A DNA stretch of 64,000 bases from IMG/VR virus record IMGVR_UViG_3300027666_000001; one strand, written 5' to 3'. Below, one piece after another: positions 34,896 through 43,609 of this stretch. The notes beneath the pieces are model-generated. The model did not search any database, was not told where the DNA came from, and saw only the letters and a list, made by a program, of their open reading frames with translations. The position numbers and the translations under genes were made by a program. How positions within the stretch are numbered: position 1 is the stretch's first letter; every line of letters starts with the position of its first letter. Source of the stretch: a virus.

Positions 34896-35521
34896 CAGTC
34901 CTCCAGGTGTTCGACGCCGGAAGCCACCCGTACGGCCCTGGAGTGGGCCAGCAGGAACTCGTGGACCTCCTTGTCCCACCGGGCGTCGTAGAGGGCGTGG
35001 TGGGCACGCTCGGCGTACTTCTCGGGCAGCCGCAGCCCGCTCGGCAGATGGTCGTCCTCGACTCCGGCCAGCATCTCCAGGGAGGCCAGGTCCACGAACG
35101 GGTGCTTCGGGACGGACTGGGGCATCTCGCCGAACCAGTCGTTGTGGAAGAGGTTGTGGATCCGCTGCATGTCCTGGGTGCAGTGATCTGCGACGAAGCC
35201 GATCCGGTTCTTGTACTTCTGCTTGTCGGTGAGGCCGTCGAAGTACGAGCCGACTGCCGAGCGGATGGCCGTGTAGGGCACCACGTAGGGACTGCTGCGA
35301 TCGAGGGAGCCGTCGGCCCGCAGCGGCAGCTTCGACCAGATGTGGTCGCGTCGGAACGGGTCGGAGCAGAAGTCCTCACGGTCGGCGTCGGCGTTCACCA
35401 GGTACAGCCAGTCGTGGTCCGCCTGGAGGGCCGTGGACACCAGGCCCGCCGGGGTGTGGTTGTCGGGGGTGAACTCGGAGTCGGCGTAGACGAACTCGAA
35501 GCCGGGGTAGGTGGCCTTCAT
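34895..35521 (-). CDS. DEDDh 3'-5' exonuclease (Rv2179c-like, 208 aa)
   Basis: Has VYADSEF (exo I) and HHALYDARW (H-x4-D exo III) motifs. Confidence 0.6.
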   Translation of the reverse strand: MKATYPGFEFVYADSEFTPDNHTPAGLVSTALQADHDWLYLVNADADREDFCSDPFRRDHIWSKLPLRADGSLDRSSPYVVPYTAIRSAVGSYFDGLTDKQKYKNRIGFVADHCTQDMQRIHNLFHNDWFGEMPQSVPKHPFVDLASLEMLAGVEDDHLPSGLRLPEKYAERAHHALYDARWDKEVHEFLLAHSRAVRVASGVEHLED

Positions 35522-35535
35522 CTTCTCTCTTTCCG

Positions 35536-35817
35536 CTATCGGTTGATCTTGCCGCCGCAGAACATGCAGCCTGGATCCTCAATGCTCATGACCACCTCGA
35601 ACACGCAGTGCTCGATGGGGGACTCGGGACAGATGTGATGGGAGTCCATGAGGGCCGCGTCTGGACAACCCAGCAGCACGGCCAGCTCATCCAGGAACTC
35701 ACGCTCGATCTGGCGGCGCTGATTGGAGAGGCGGAACATCTGCCTGTTGATCCGGCCGATCTCCCGCCTCTTGGCCAGCAGGGAGTCCAGGGACTTCCCC
35801 TGCCACTCGCGCTTCAC
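35536..35817 (-). CDS. hypothetical Cys-rich protein (93 aa)
   Basis: GTG 35817 in a GTGA overlap. CPESPIEHC...CMFCGG suggests a zinc ribbon. Confidence 0.55.
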   Translation of the reverse strand: MKREWQGKSLDSLLAKRREIGRINRQMFRLSNQRRQIEREFLDELAVLLGCPDAALMDSHHICPESPIEHCVFEVVMSIEDPGCMFCGGKINR

Positions 35818-36188
35818 GTGAAGCTCGGATCCTGTACGTAGGCGCGGGCCGCCACAAGGACGTCCCTGCCGTACCCCAGTCCGATCTCCGTGGTGGGGCA
35901 GCCGTCGGGGTAGTTGCCGCCGTCGTGGTTCTCCAGGTGCGGGTTCATGCCGATCATCCAGGCGCGGGCGATGTCGACACCCTCCGCCTTGCGGAGAATC
36001 TGAAACACCTCGTACCCGGTGCGCAGCTTCGCCTCGATCCCGATGTCGGGCGGCTGCACCAGCCAGCGCTTCAGCGGCGCCGCCCCCGGGAGGCCGCACA
36101 GCTCACCGATCAGCGAGGGCCCGAGCCAGTCGGTCAGCGACCGGATCACCTGGTGGGTCTCGGGGACCCTCTCCTGCTCCTGCGTCAT
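35814..36188 (-). CDS. hypothetical protein (124 aa)
   Basis: ATG 36188 behind GAGGAGAGAG SD. Confidence 0.6.
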   Translation of the reverse strand: MTQEQERVPETHQVIRSLTDWLGPSLIGELCGLPGAAPLKRWLVQPPDIGIEAKLRTGYEVFQILRKAEGVDIARAWMIGMNPHLENHDGGNYPDGCPTTEIGLGYGRDVLVAARAYVQDPSFT

Positions 36189-36196
36189 CTCTCTCC

Positions 36197-36409
36197 TCAC
36201 GGAACGAAACTCTCGGGGTGCTGCTCCATCCAGGCCGTCATGACGGCCACCCGGCGGGCGGCCCGGCTGGGCTTCGGGCTCACCCAGGGCATCCCGGGCG
36301 AGTTTCGCCCGGGACAGTGAACGGTCTGGTCGCCGCGCCGGTAGGCGTGGCCGACATGGTTGAACGGCTGCCAGAGGTGGCAGGCGATGCGGGGTGTCGG
36401 CTGGCCCAT
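36197..36409 (-). CDS. hypothetical protein (70 aa)
   Basis: TGATG junction at 36409. High GC3. Confidence 0.5.
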   Translation of the reverse strand: MGQPTPRIACHLWQPFNHVGHAYRRGDQTVHCPGRNSPGMPWVSPKPSRAARRVAVMTAWMEQHPESFVP

Positions 36410-36828
36410 CACTCCTCCTCGTTGCGTTCGACGACGATGTGCCGCCGGATGGTGCCGGTGGTGCGCACCATCGTGTGGTTGTCGCTGACCACCTTCCAGC
36501 CGAAGCTGACGCCCTGGCCGTGGCTCTTGCCGAGGCAGGAGCAGGTGCACTCACGGCTCCGGGCGTTCCGGCACCGGGTGTCGCACCGTTCGGTCTGGCG
36601 GAAGTCCATGTAGACGTCGACCTTGCCGTACCGCTGCGCGAGCGCCTGCACCAGCGGACCGAAGTGATCCCGGGCGATCTCCCAGCGCTTCGTCTCGCCG
36701 TTCCAGTCGGGCCGGATCCGGCTTCCGAGCACGCTCTTGAACCAGGCCCGGTTCGTCTTCGCGAAGGGCATCTTGATGACCAGGCGCCCCTCCACGGGGC
36801 GCCACAGGGCCGGTGTTTCGTGCTTCAC
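36409..36828 (-). CDS. hypothetical protein with C-terminal Cys cluster (139 aa)
   Basis: GTG 36828 in a GTGA overlap. ERCDTRCRNARSRECTCSC cluster. Confidence 0.55.
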   Translation of the reverse strand: MKHETPALWRPVEGRLVIKMPFAKTNRAWFKSVLGSRIRPDWNGETKRWEIARDHFGPLVQALAQRYGKVDVYMDFRQTERCDTRCRNARSRECTCSCLGKSHGQGVSFGWKVVSDNHTMVRTTGTIRRHIVVERNEEE

Positions 36829-37367
36829 GAGTTCCACCCTTCGGCCAGCACCACGTAGGCGCCGGGGATCGGCTCGCCGAGCGTGCCGCGCTTCTTGCTG
36901 GAGAGGTGCACGGCCCGCGCGTTCCAGTCGCACCGGTAGGCGCGCTGGAGGCCGTCGCTGCCAGCCTCCTGGGCTACCCGCCGGGCGAACGCCTCGCCCC
37001 GCAGTGCAGAGCGGTGGCGCTTCTTGTCACACGGGCAGTACGTGGGCCGGGTGAAGTGCGAGCCCTTGTCGAGTCCGGCCTCACCCTCGGCGAGAAAGCC
37101 CAGGAAGGCCGCCTCGTCGCACTCGACCCACTCGGTGATGCCGCGCGGGAGTGCATACCTCTTCAGCTCCAGCCGCCCGTCGTCGGTGAAACGGGCGGTG
37201 ACCAGAGACTCGTCCATCCCGAAGGGGTTCCGGTGCCGCCCGTGGGCGAACTCCTGGAACGTCTTCTTCGTGTAACCGGTCTCCACGCTCCAGCCGAACT
37301 GGCGGAATCCTTCGAGGGACCCCGCCAGTTCGGCCTTCAACCAGTCGCGGTCACTTCCGGAGGGCAT
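36825..37367 (-). CDS. hypothetical protein (180 aa)
   Basis: ATG 37367 overlaps the helicase gene end by 17 nt. High GC3. Confidence 0.65.
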   Translation of the reverse strand: MPSGSDRDWLKAELAGSLEGFRQFGWSVETGYTKKTFQEFAHGRHRNPFGMDESLVTARFTDDGRLELKRYALPRGITEWVECDEAAFLGFLAEGEAGLDKGSHFTRPTYCPCDKKRHRSALRGEAFARRVAQEAGSDGLQRAYRCDWNARAVHLSSKKRGTLGEPIPGAYVVLAEGWNS

Positions 37368-38865
37368 GGCCGCCGACCGGCGCCGGGTAGTTGTCGATCC
37401 ACTTCAGGCCACCACGGTCCAGGTGCTCCTGGGCCCGCGTGACGGCCACGTAGTGAATCATGGCCTCGTGCCGGTCGATGACGCCCGGTTCCATCTGCTG
37501 GGTGAGCGGGTTCTCGAACGGCTCCGGCTCGAAAAAGTCGTCGCCGATCTGGACCTTCTTCCACTCCAGGCCCTTGATCGAGTGGCACGTCGTGACCGCC
37601 ACGTCGTGCGGCTCGTTGTACCTGGCCATGCGGTTGCACGCGGCGATCAGGTCGCTGATGCCGTACACGTTGATCAGCTTCACGATCGCCTTGAGGTGAC
37701 CGCCACCCGGCTCCTTCGTGTACTCGACCAGCTCGGCCCAGTTGTCGAAGGCGCTCAGCTCCAGGCTCCGCGCCTTCTTGCCCGCCATCAGGTCGCGGGC
37801 CGCGTAGGCGATGTCCAGGATCTGCTTGGTGCCCTTGACCATGGCGACCCGCTTGCCTGCCTTCAGGTAGCTGATCGCGTAGGTCATGGCGCCCGCGTTG
37901 GTCCGGGTCAGGACGACGTTCGGTTCCTCCATGTCGTCCTCGGTGACCATGTCGGCGATCGAGGACAGGCCCTTAATCGTCACGCCGGTCTCGGTGTGGG
38001 GAAGGTGCTTCATCGCCTCCTCGGCGACGCCGTCACCGAAGCGGAACGACTGGGTGAGGTACAGGCGCGGGGCGTCGTACCGCATGATCTGGTCGGAGGC
38101 GCCGCGCCAGGCGTACAGGGACTGCGCCGGGTCGCCGATGAGGATGCCCTGCGCGTGCTTCTGGTTGAGCAGGAACTTCATCGTGGCGTCGTTGCTGTCC
38201 TGGGCCTCGTCGATCAGGACGACGCCGTAGCCGTAGTCCTTGCCGCTCTCGGCGACCAGCTTGAAGGCGTGGTTCATCGTGAAGCGGAGACGGGAGTTCG
38301 GCATGATGGACTGCTTCCACAGGGCCCACGCGAGCTTCGCGATGAACCCACGGGCCGCCGTCATGGCCGCCTCGCCGGGACCGGCGATCGGAATGTAGAC
38401 GTCCTTCTCGGTGATCTGGACGTGGTCGGAGTTGCAGAAGCGCTCGATCGTGTCGGAGGCGAGCCGCGCCTGGGTGAACCCGTCGAGGATCAGCTTGTCG
38501 CCGAAGTCCTTCGGGGTCAGGTCCAGCGCCTTCGCGACCTCCTTGGCGGGGACCGCCGGGGCGTCGATCGCCATGCGCTCCTTGTGCGTGTTGGCGTACG
38601 CGCGCCAGGCGAGCTGGCTCGTGGTGCGGACGTCGAACCAGGTGATACCCGCCCGCTTGAACTTCGCCTCCGCTTCCTTCCGTGCCTGCGTGTTGTAGAC
38701 CAAGTAGAGACCCTTGAGGCCCTGGCTGACCAGCGTGGACTTCATCGCGACGGCGATGCCGAGCGCCGTGGCGCTCTTGCCCGAACCGGCCGGGGCCACG
38801 AGGGAGAAGTTCTCACCCTTGAGGGCGAGGTCGATCGCGGCCTGCTGTTCGTCCGTGAACTTCAC
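37351..38865 (-). CDS. UvrD/Rep-family SF1 DNA helicase (504 aa)
   Basis: Walker A APAGSGKSAT, motif II VLIDEAQD, and C-terminal TCHSIKGLEW. Confidence 0.8.
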   Translation of the reverse strand: MKFTDEQQAAIDLALKGENFSLVAPAGSGKSATALGIAVAMKSTLVSQGLKGLYLVYNTQARKEAEAKFKRAGITWFDVRTTSQLAWRAYANTHKERMAIDAPAVPAKEVAKALDLTPKDFGDKLILDGFTQARLASDTIERFCNSDHVQITEKDVYIPIAGPGEAAMTAARGFIAKLAWALWKQSIMPNSRLRFTMNHAFKLVAESGKDYGYGVVLIDEAQDSNDATMKFLLNQKHAQGILIGDPAQSLYAWRGASDQIMRYDAPRLYLTQSFRFGDGVAEEAMKHLPHTETGVTIKGLSSIADMVTEDDMEEPNVVLTRTNAGAMTYAISYLKAGKRVAMVKGTKQILDIAYAARDLMAGKKARSLELSAFDNWAELVEYTKEPGGGHLKAIVKLINVYGISDLIAACNRMARYNEPHDVAVTTCHSIKGLEWKKVQIGDDFFEPEPFENPLTQQMEPGVIDRHEAMIHYVAVTRAQEHLDRGGLKWIDNYPAPVGGHALRK

Positions 38866-39152
38866 GCCTTCTCCGTTTCCGTTTTCTCATCTTCTGGGCC
38901 CGGAACGAAATCGCCGGGCCACATCTCGAAGAACTCGGCGAGTTGATCGAGTTCCTTCGCATCCCATGTACCTGCCTGGATCTTCCTCGGCAGGTACGCT
39001 TCAGAGACTCCGAGGTGCGTTGCCAGCGCCTTCAGTTTCTCCGAGTACACCTTGCGGACCGTGCTTCCAGCCAGTCGATCTCGGTCTTCACTGACCATGA
39101 TGGCCAGCAGATTCTCGACGGTCCGGCTGATGGTCGCGCCTGTGCTGAGCAT
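38862..39152 (-). CDS. HTH DNA-binding protein (XRE-like, 96 aa)
   Basis: ATG 39152 behind ACGAGGAGG SD. LKALATHLGVSEAYLPRKIQ resembles an HTH. Confidence 0.5.
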   Translation of the reverse strand: MLSTGATISRTVENLLAIMVSEDRDRLAGSTVRKVYSEKLKALATHLGVSEAYLPRKIQAGTWDAKELDQLAEFFEMWPGDFVPGPEDEKTETEKA

Positions 39153-39229
39153 TCGGTACCTCCTCGTGAACTGGTCACTCAAAGATACCGGCGTTTTCCC
39201 TTCTTCTGCGATTCTATCACCAGAAGAGG

Positions 39230-39769
39230 TCAACTTCCAAGCAGGGAACCGAGATACGTTCCCAGGGTCATCGTCGAACCCTTGATGATGACGGGGTAGT
39301 CCGCCAGTCCGGCGCCCTCGGCGTCGTCGAGGAGGCGCTGCTTGTGCGCCTTGACCTTGGCAACGGACGCTTCGGCCACGATCGAATCGACGCGCTCCTT
39401 CTTCTTGCGCTCGATGATGCTCCGGGCCTCCTGCTGCTTCGGGGAAGCGACACGGCCCACCATCTGGATCACCTGGGCCTCCGGCTCGGGCGCAGGACTG
39501 GGCTCATCCGGGGGCGTCGCGTCCTGGACGGGAGGGACGTCCTCGACCGGAACCTGGCTCACCTGGGCAGGCGGCTCGGGATCGGGGGCCGGGAGCTGAA
39601 CCGGGGCGTCCACAGGAACCGTGAGAGCGAAGGCCGCCTCCTTGCCGTCTCGGATGAACGCCTCAACGACCTCGGCGACGGCGACGAAGTCGGCGGGCAT
39701 GGGCTGCATGGGAGCCATGAGCGTGGCCGCAGCCTGGGCGGCGACAGCACGGATTTCCTGATCGTTCAC
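39230..39769 (-). CDS. hypothetical Pro/Ala-rich protein (179 aa)
   Basis: GTG 39769 behind GGAATGGAGAAG SD. Confidence 0.6.
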   Translation of the reverse strand: MNDQEIRAVAAQAAATLMAPMQPMPADFVAVAEVVEAFIRDGKEAAFALTVPVDAPVQLPAPDPEPPAQVSQVPVEDVPPVQDATPPDEPSPAPEPEAQVIQMVGRVASPKQQEARSIIERKKKERVDSIVAEASVAKVKAHKQRLLDDAEGAGLADYPVIIKGSTMTLGTYLGSLLGS

Positions 39770-39791
39770 TTCTTCTCCATTCCAGGCCCCG

Positions 39792-39917
39792 CTACCTCCA
39801 GCGGGGCCACTCCTGGTAGATCACGAGATGACCCAGGATGAACAGGGCCGAGAAGATGGCCGCTGCCACGACGGCAAACGTCAGCTCCTTCACGGCCTGC
39901 CTGAGAAACGCCTTCAC
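39792..39917 (-). CDS. small membrane protein (41 aa, below ORF-track cutoff)
   Basis: GTG in a GTGA overlap with the upstream stop. One hydrophobic helix, FAVVAAAIFSALFILGHLVIY. Confidence 0.45.
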   Translation of the reverse strand: MKAFLRQAVKELTFAVVAAAIFSALFILGHLVIYQEWPRWR

Positions 39918-40108
39918 TGCTGGTACATCCGCTTCACGTCGCGGATGTCGTCGAGCCGATAGCGGATTCCCTGGGCGGTCCGGACCGGCTGGATGAGGTT
40001 CTGGGCGAGGATCCGGCGCGCGCGGCGTTCCTTCACGCCCATGCGCGCGGCAGCCTCGGTGATGTCGACCAGGGGATCCGAGGAGATGCTGTTCGTCATG
40101 GCGATCAC
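39914..40108 (-). CDS. MerR/excisionase-type HTH DNA-binding protein (64 aa)
   Basis: DITEAAARMGVKERRARRIL...GIRYRLDDI matches the small Xis-like HTH pattern. GTGA overlap. Confidence 0.55.
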   Translation of the reverse strand: MIAMTNSISSDPLVDITEAAARMGVKERRARRILAQNLIQPVRTAQGIRYRLDDIRDVKRMYQQ

Positions 40109-40308
40109 TCTGCCACGTTTTCCGGCTCCTTGCCCAGCAGGGAATCGAGACCCCGAAGGGTCAGAATCCGCACCACATCCACGTCGTACTGGACGCCCAT
40201 GTTCTTCTTGGCCTCGGCGAGCCGCTTCTTCTCGCTGCTCGTCCAGCGCACGACGGTCCGCTCTTCGCGCTTTTCCGGTCCCTGTTCGGACTTCTTCCGC
40301 CCGGCCAT
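40105..40308 (-). CDS. hypothetical basic protein (67 aa)
   Basis: TGATG junction. Lys/Arg/Glu-rich, possibly ribbon-helix-helix. Confidence 0.5.
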   Translation of the reverse strand: MAGRKKSEQGPEKREERTVVRWTSSEKKRLAEAKKNMGVQYDVDVVRILTLRGLDSLLGKEPENVAE

Positions 40309-40529
40309 CAGGTGTAGTCGATTCCGGAGACGGACCGACTGCCGGGACCGGATGCGGTCGCCGGACCGGTGTTCTTCACCGTGACGCTTCCGCCGGACTT
40401 CGGCGGCGGCCCGCTGTATCCGGTGACCGCCGCCCCGCCGTTCGAACTGGTGGCCGGACCGGTGTTCTCGATGACGACCGTGGCGCCGTCTCGCGTCAAG
40501 AAGTGCTTGACGCGGCTGAGGACTCCCAT
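40308..40529 (-). CDS. hypothetical Gly/Ser/Thr-rich protein with internal NTGPAT repeat (73 aa)
   Basis: ATG behind GGAAGGGAAG SD. VVIENTGPATSS and VTVKNTGPATAS repeat. Confidence 0.55.
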   Translation of the reverse strand: MGVLSRVKHFLTRDGATVVIENTGPATSSNGGAAVTGYSGPPPKSGGSVTVKNTGPATASGPGSRSVSGIDYT

Positions 40530-40556
40530 GAACTTCCCTTCCGTTCGGGTAAGTTC

Positions 40557-40586
40557 AGTTTATGGCAGCCATGCAGCCCGCGTCAA
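40557..40586 (-). promoter_or_regulatory. sigma-70-type promoter candidate TTGACG-18-TAAACT
   Basis: -35 at 40586-40581 and -10 at 40562-40557 on the minus strand, 28 nt upstream of ATG 40529. Confidence 0.45.
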
Positions 40587-41077
40587 TCCACGTCTCGGTA
40601 CTGCTGCCCGGGGGAGGACATCAGGGCGAAGACGACCGCGACACCGGCTATGGCCAGGTGCACCAGGTCGAACGTGAGGAAGGCCGTGACGGCACTCAGA
40701 CCGGCCACGATCCACATGCCGATGTAGAGCCGGTAGTCGTGGATCTTGTGCTCGACGACCTCCTGCGCCACGTACGGCGACTCCTGCTGGATGCGCGTCG
40801 TCAGCTCGTAGTCCATCTCGCGGGCGCGGACGACCGCCTCCGGTCCGTACGGGCTGGTCTCCTCGGGCGGCAGCGGGGCCATGCGTTCCTGTGGCTGAAC
40901 GGGTACGGGTACCGCGCGGGGCCGGAAGTCCGCCGTGGGCAGCTCGTCCTGGGTACGCGTGTACGCCAGAGTCCGGCGCGTCGTCGTGCCGTAGACCTCG
41001 TCCTTCTCGTGCGTCACCGGAATCGCATCACCTTTCCCTCCACTTCCGTCTTCAATTGTGCGCCAGATGTAGGTCAT
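40583..41077 (-). CDS. membrane protein (164 aa)
   Basis: C-terminal TM helices (IGMWIVAGLSAVTAFLTF, LAIAGVAVVFALM). No SD before ATG 41077, so the start is uncertain. Confidence 0.5.
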   Translation of the reverse strand: MTYIWRTIEDGSGGKGDAIPVTHEKDEVYGTTTRRTLAYTRTQDELPTADFRPRAVPVPVQPQERMAPLPPEETSPYGPEAVVRAREMDYELTTRIQQESPYVAQEVVEHKIHDYRLYIGMWIVAGLSAVTAFLTFDLVHLAIAGVAVVFALMSSPGQQYRDVD

Positions 41078-41092
41078 TCGCCAAGAGCAGAA

Positions 41093-41116
41093 AAGCCCGG
41101 CCAGAGGCCGGGCTTC
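41093..41116 (-). terminator. rho-independent terminator
   Basis: AAGCCCGGCC-4 nt-GGCCGGGCTT followed on the minus strand by TTTCTGCTCTT. Begins 2 nt after the stop at 41118. Confidence 0.7.
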
Positions 41117-41117
41117 C

Positions 41118-41831
41118 CTACATGCTGAGCAGGACCAGAAGTGCGTTGGAGGCCATCGCCACCCCGATCGCCGGTCCCTTCTCTGCGGCCGACCCGGAGG
41201 AGACGGATCCCCCCAAGAGCCGGATGTTCCACCAGCGCTTGCCCTGGATGGTCATCGGCCAGAACGCCGGAACACCGGCAGTCGTGCAGCCGTCGGCCAC
41301 CACGTGACTTGCATATCCGCCGGTCACGGCCAGCGCCATCAGCCAAGGGTCCAGGTAGATCACCGATCCGACGGCCGCCACGGCGGCGCCGAGGACGACC
41401 AAGCCGATGGTCTTCCGGTACAGCGGCCAGAGCATGAAGACTCCGAACGCAGCCAGCGCCCCACAGGCGATGGGGGAGACTATCGCCAGAACGTAGGCCA
41501 GGGCTCCCGTCGCCACCGAGGCGAGCAGGGTATGCGTCAGGGTCCGGTGGTACGGGTCCTGACCCCGGGCCTTCCGGAAAGTCAGGTAGCTCCGGTCGCG
41601 ACCGAGCGCCGTCCCCTTCACGGCCGCCTTGCACAGGCTGTGGACAACCTTGTGGACAGGCTTGCCGAGAGCCTTCGTGGCGCAGGCGTTGGGGTGATCC
41701 AGGTCGGGCATCAGGGAGAAGCCCGCTGAGACCGCCGCCATCACCGCGCCCTGAAGGACGCTGACGTGCTGAGTGAGCACGAGACCTGCCGGTGCCGAGG
41801 CTCCGATCGCCGCGTGCACCGACCCCTTCAC
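41118..41831 (-). CDS. membrane-bound metal-dependent hydrolase (YdjM/DUF457-like, 237 aa)
   Basis: Multi-TM with PDLDHP, HRTLTHT and HVVADG His/Asp motifs. GTG 41831 in a GTGA overlap. Confidence 0.5.
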   Translation of the reverse strand: MKGSVHAAIGASAPAGLVLTQHVSVLQGAVMAAVSAGFSLMPDLDHPNACATKALGKPVHKVVHSLCKAAVKGTALGRDRSYLTFRKARGQDPYHRTLTHTLLASVATGALAYVLAIVSPIACGALAAFGVFMLWPLYRKTIGLVVLGAAVAAVGSVIYLDPWLMALAVTGGYASHVVADGCTTAGVPAFWPMTIQGKRWWNIRLLGGSVSSGSAAEKGPAIGVAMASNALLVLLSM

Positions 41832-42157
41832 CGAATCGCCTTGGCGTTCAGCACTCGACGGTCGTGCCGGGCGTTGGCGATGAAGGTCTCGGCGGCCACC
41901 CATTCGCCGCTGTCGTAGGTTCCCTGCCAGGTGAAGTCCTGGAGCGAGTTCGGCGCGTCGAGGATCGTCTCGTCGTCGGCCGGGCCGAGCGTCAGGGCGA
42001 TCTCCATGCGGTCGATCTGGAGCTTGTCGGTCGACAGGGGGAGGTCCAGCATGTCCTCCCAGGCCAGCTCCAGGACCACCTTCCGCATACGGCTGAGCGG
42101 CTTCAGCAGTTCGACCTCGATCGTGATGACGCCAGCCCGCTTGGTGTTCTTCGTCAT
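41828..42157 (-). CDS. hypothetical protein (109 aa)
   Basis: ATG behind GGAAAGGAAGAAGGG SD. Confidence 0.6.
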   Translation of the reverse strand: MTKNTKRAGVITIEVELLKPLSRMRKVVLELAWEDMLDLPLSTDKLQIDRMEIALTLGPADDETILDAPNSLQDFTWQGTYDSGEWVAAETFIANARHDRRVLNAKAIR

Positions 42158-42183
42158 GCCCTTCTTCCTTTCCGGGGTGTGGC

Positions 42184-42214
42184 GACGGGCGGCCGTTCGC
42201 GTCGGCCGCCCGTC
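42184..42214 (-). terminator. 12-bp perfect hairpin
   Basis: GACGGGCGGCCG-7 nt-CGGCCGCCCGTC, 12 nt after the stop at 42226. Confidence 0.6.
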
Positions 42215-42225
42215 GGGGTCCTTCG

Positions 42226-42717
42226 TCAGCCCATCTGTCGCGCGAGGAGCAGGTACATCTCGCTGTCGGGGCGCTTGTCGTCGAAGGCGAAGGCCGCCTC
42301 GGTGATCTCCTCGATCGACTTGCCCTGCTTGGCGAGTTTCACCAGCTCGACGCGCTCCTGCGCCATCTCCATGATCACGCTCTCGGTGATGGACATCTTC
42401 GTCGCCGGGTCCTGGCCGCGCTCCACCGCGTCGTCGTGCAGCTTCTCCCAGGCGGGGAGGTTCTTGCGGTAGTGCGCCTGCATCAGGGCCACGAACCAGG
42501 GGGACCGGTTGCGGCTCTCGGCGACGAAGAGTTCGGCCAGCTTGCGGTCGACCTTCTCCTCGGTCACCTCACCTTCGATTCGAAGGGCCGCTTCGAAGCC
42601 CTTCACGGCCAGAGAGATGGCCGTCTCGCGGTCGATGCCGAACTGCTTCATCGACTGACGCAGCATGTCGTCCGGCGTGCCGAGACTGGGTTCCACGTGC
42701 TTCTCCGTTTCCGTCAC
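42226..42717 (-). CDS. hypothetical protein (163 aa)
   Basis: GTGA overlap at 42714-42717. High GC3. Confidence 0.65.
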   Translation of the reverse strand: MTETEKHVEPSLGTPDDMLRQSMKQFGIDRETAISLAVKGFEAALRIEGEVTEEKVDRKLAELFVAESRNRSPWFVALMQAHYRKNLPAWEKLHDDAVERGQDPATKMSITESVIMEMAQERVELVKLAKQGKSIEEITEAAFAFDDKRPDSEMYLLLARQMG

Positions 42718-43010
42718 TTCTCGATGTCGCCGGACTGTTCGGCCCGGCGTTTCTCGTCCTCGGCGAAGGCCAGTTCACAGAGGGTGTAATCGCCGATCCC
42801 GAGGTGACCGCCCTCGGGCCGCTCGATCTGGGCATACACCCGGAGCCGATTGCCGCCCTCCTTGTATTCGGCGTCGACCACCTGCTCCAGGGCCGACTTC
42901 AGGCTCGGCGCCTCCAGGGTGATCTCATCCCGCTCCAGGCCGACGACCCGGGTCGGGTCGCCCGCGACGGGCCTTGTCCTGCGCCATACGCGCACCGTGT
43001 GTTCAGCCAT
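42714..43010 (-). CDS. hypothetical protein (98 aa)
   Basis: TGATG junction at 43010. Confidence 0.6.
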   Translation of the reverse strand: MAEHTVRVWRRTRPVAGDPTRVVGLERDEITLEAPSLKSALEQVVDAEYKEGGNRLRVYAQIERPEGGHLGIGDYTLCELAFAEDEKRRAEQSGDIEK

Positions 43011-43609
43011 CAGGCCACCCTCGTCGCTCCGAAGTAGTCGTTCATGTAGTGCACGTTGTTGACGCGAATCTTCGTTCCGGTCCGTGGCGCATGCAGCATC
43101 TTGCCGCCGCCGATGTAGATGCCGACGTGATGGATCGAGCGCGAGTTCCCTTTCTGGCCGAAGAAGACCAGGTCGCCCGGCTTCAGATCATCCCAGGAGG
43201 GGTGGTTGCTGGTCGTGTTGTACTGGTCGTTCGCGACTCGGGGGATCTTGATTCCCGCCTTCGCGTATGCCGCCTGGGTCAGGCCGGAGCAGTCGAACCG
43301 ACCGCCCTCGGCGGCCGTTCCGGTACCTCCCCACAGGTAGGGAACTCCGATCTTCGTACGGGCGTATGCGATGGCCACCGCCGCCGCGTCGCCGGACCTG
43401 GAGCTGGAGACCTTGGTGTCCTGCTCCTGCCGCTTCGCCTCCTTGGCGCGCTGCTCCGGCGAGTACCAGTTGATCTTCTCGATCTCCGGGTTGGGGTTCG
43501 CCGTGGCGTTCGAGATCGGGGCTGCCTTGAGGGCGGCACAGGATGACGTGACTGGCACGAGCAGCGCCACGGAGGCGACCGCCAGGGCCGCTCGCTGGGT
43601 CCGGTTCAC
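43010..43609 (-). CDS. secreted NlpC/P60 peptidoglycan endopeptidase (199 aa)
   Basis: GTG 43609 in a GTGA overlap. Signal peptide ending VTSSC (possible lipobox). Catalytic DCSGL and HHVGIY motifs. Confidence 0.75.
   Translation of the reverse strand: MNRTQRAALAVASVALLVPVTSSCAALKAAPISNATANPNPEIEKINWYSPEQRAKEAKRQEQDTKVSSSRSGDAAAVAIAYARTKIGVPYLWGGTGTAAEGGRFDCSGLTQAAYAKAGIKIPRVANDQYNTTSNHPSWDDLKPGDLVFFGQKGNSRSIHHVGIYIGGGKMLHAPRTGTKIRVNNVHYMNDYFGATRVA

Noticed and set aside
33919-35379. 486-aa track ORF spanning the HAD-like gene
   Set aside because: Only the last 181 codons have an SD, a HAD motif and a sensible sequence. The upstream 300 codons are Arg/Pro/Ser-rich and overlap two better genes in other frames.
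39914-40108. Excisionase call implying an integration module or prophage boundary
   Set aside because: The small HTH resembles Xis/MerR-type proteins, but the window holds no integrase, attP-like core or tRNA target. Integration status cannot be inferred.
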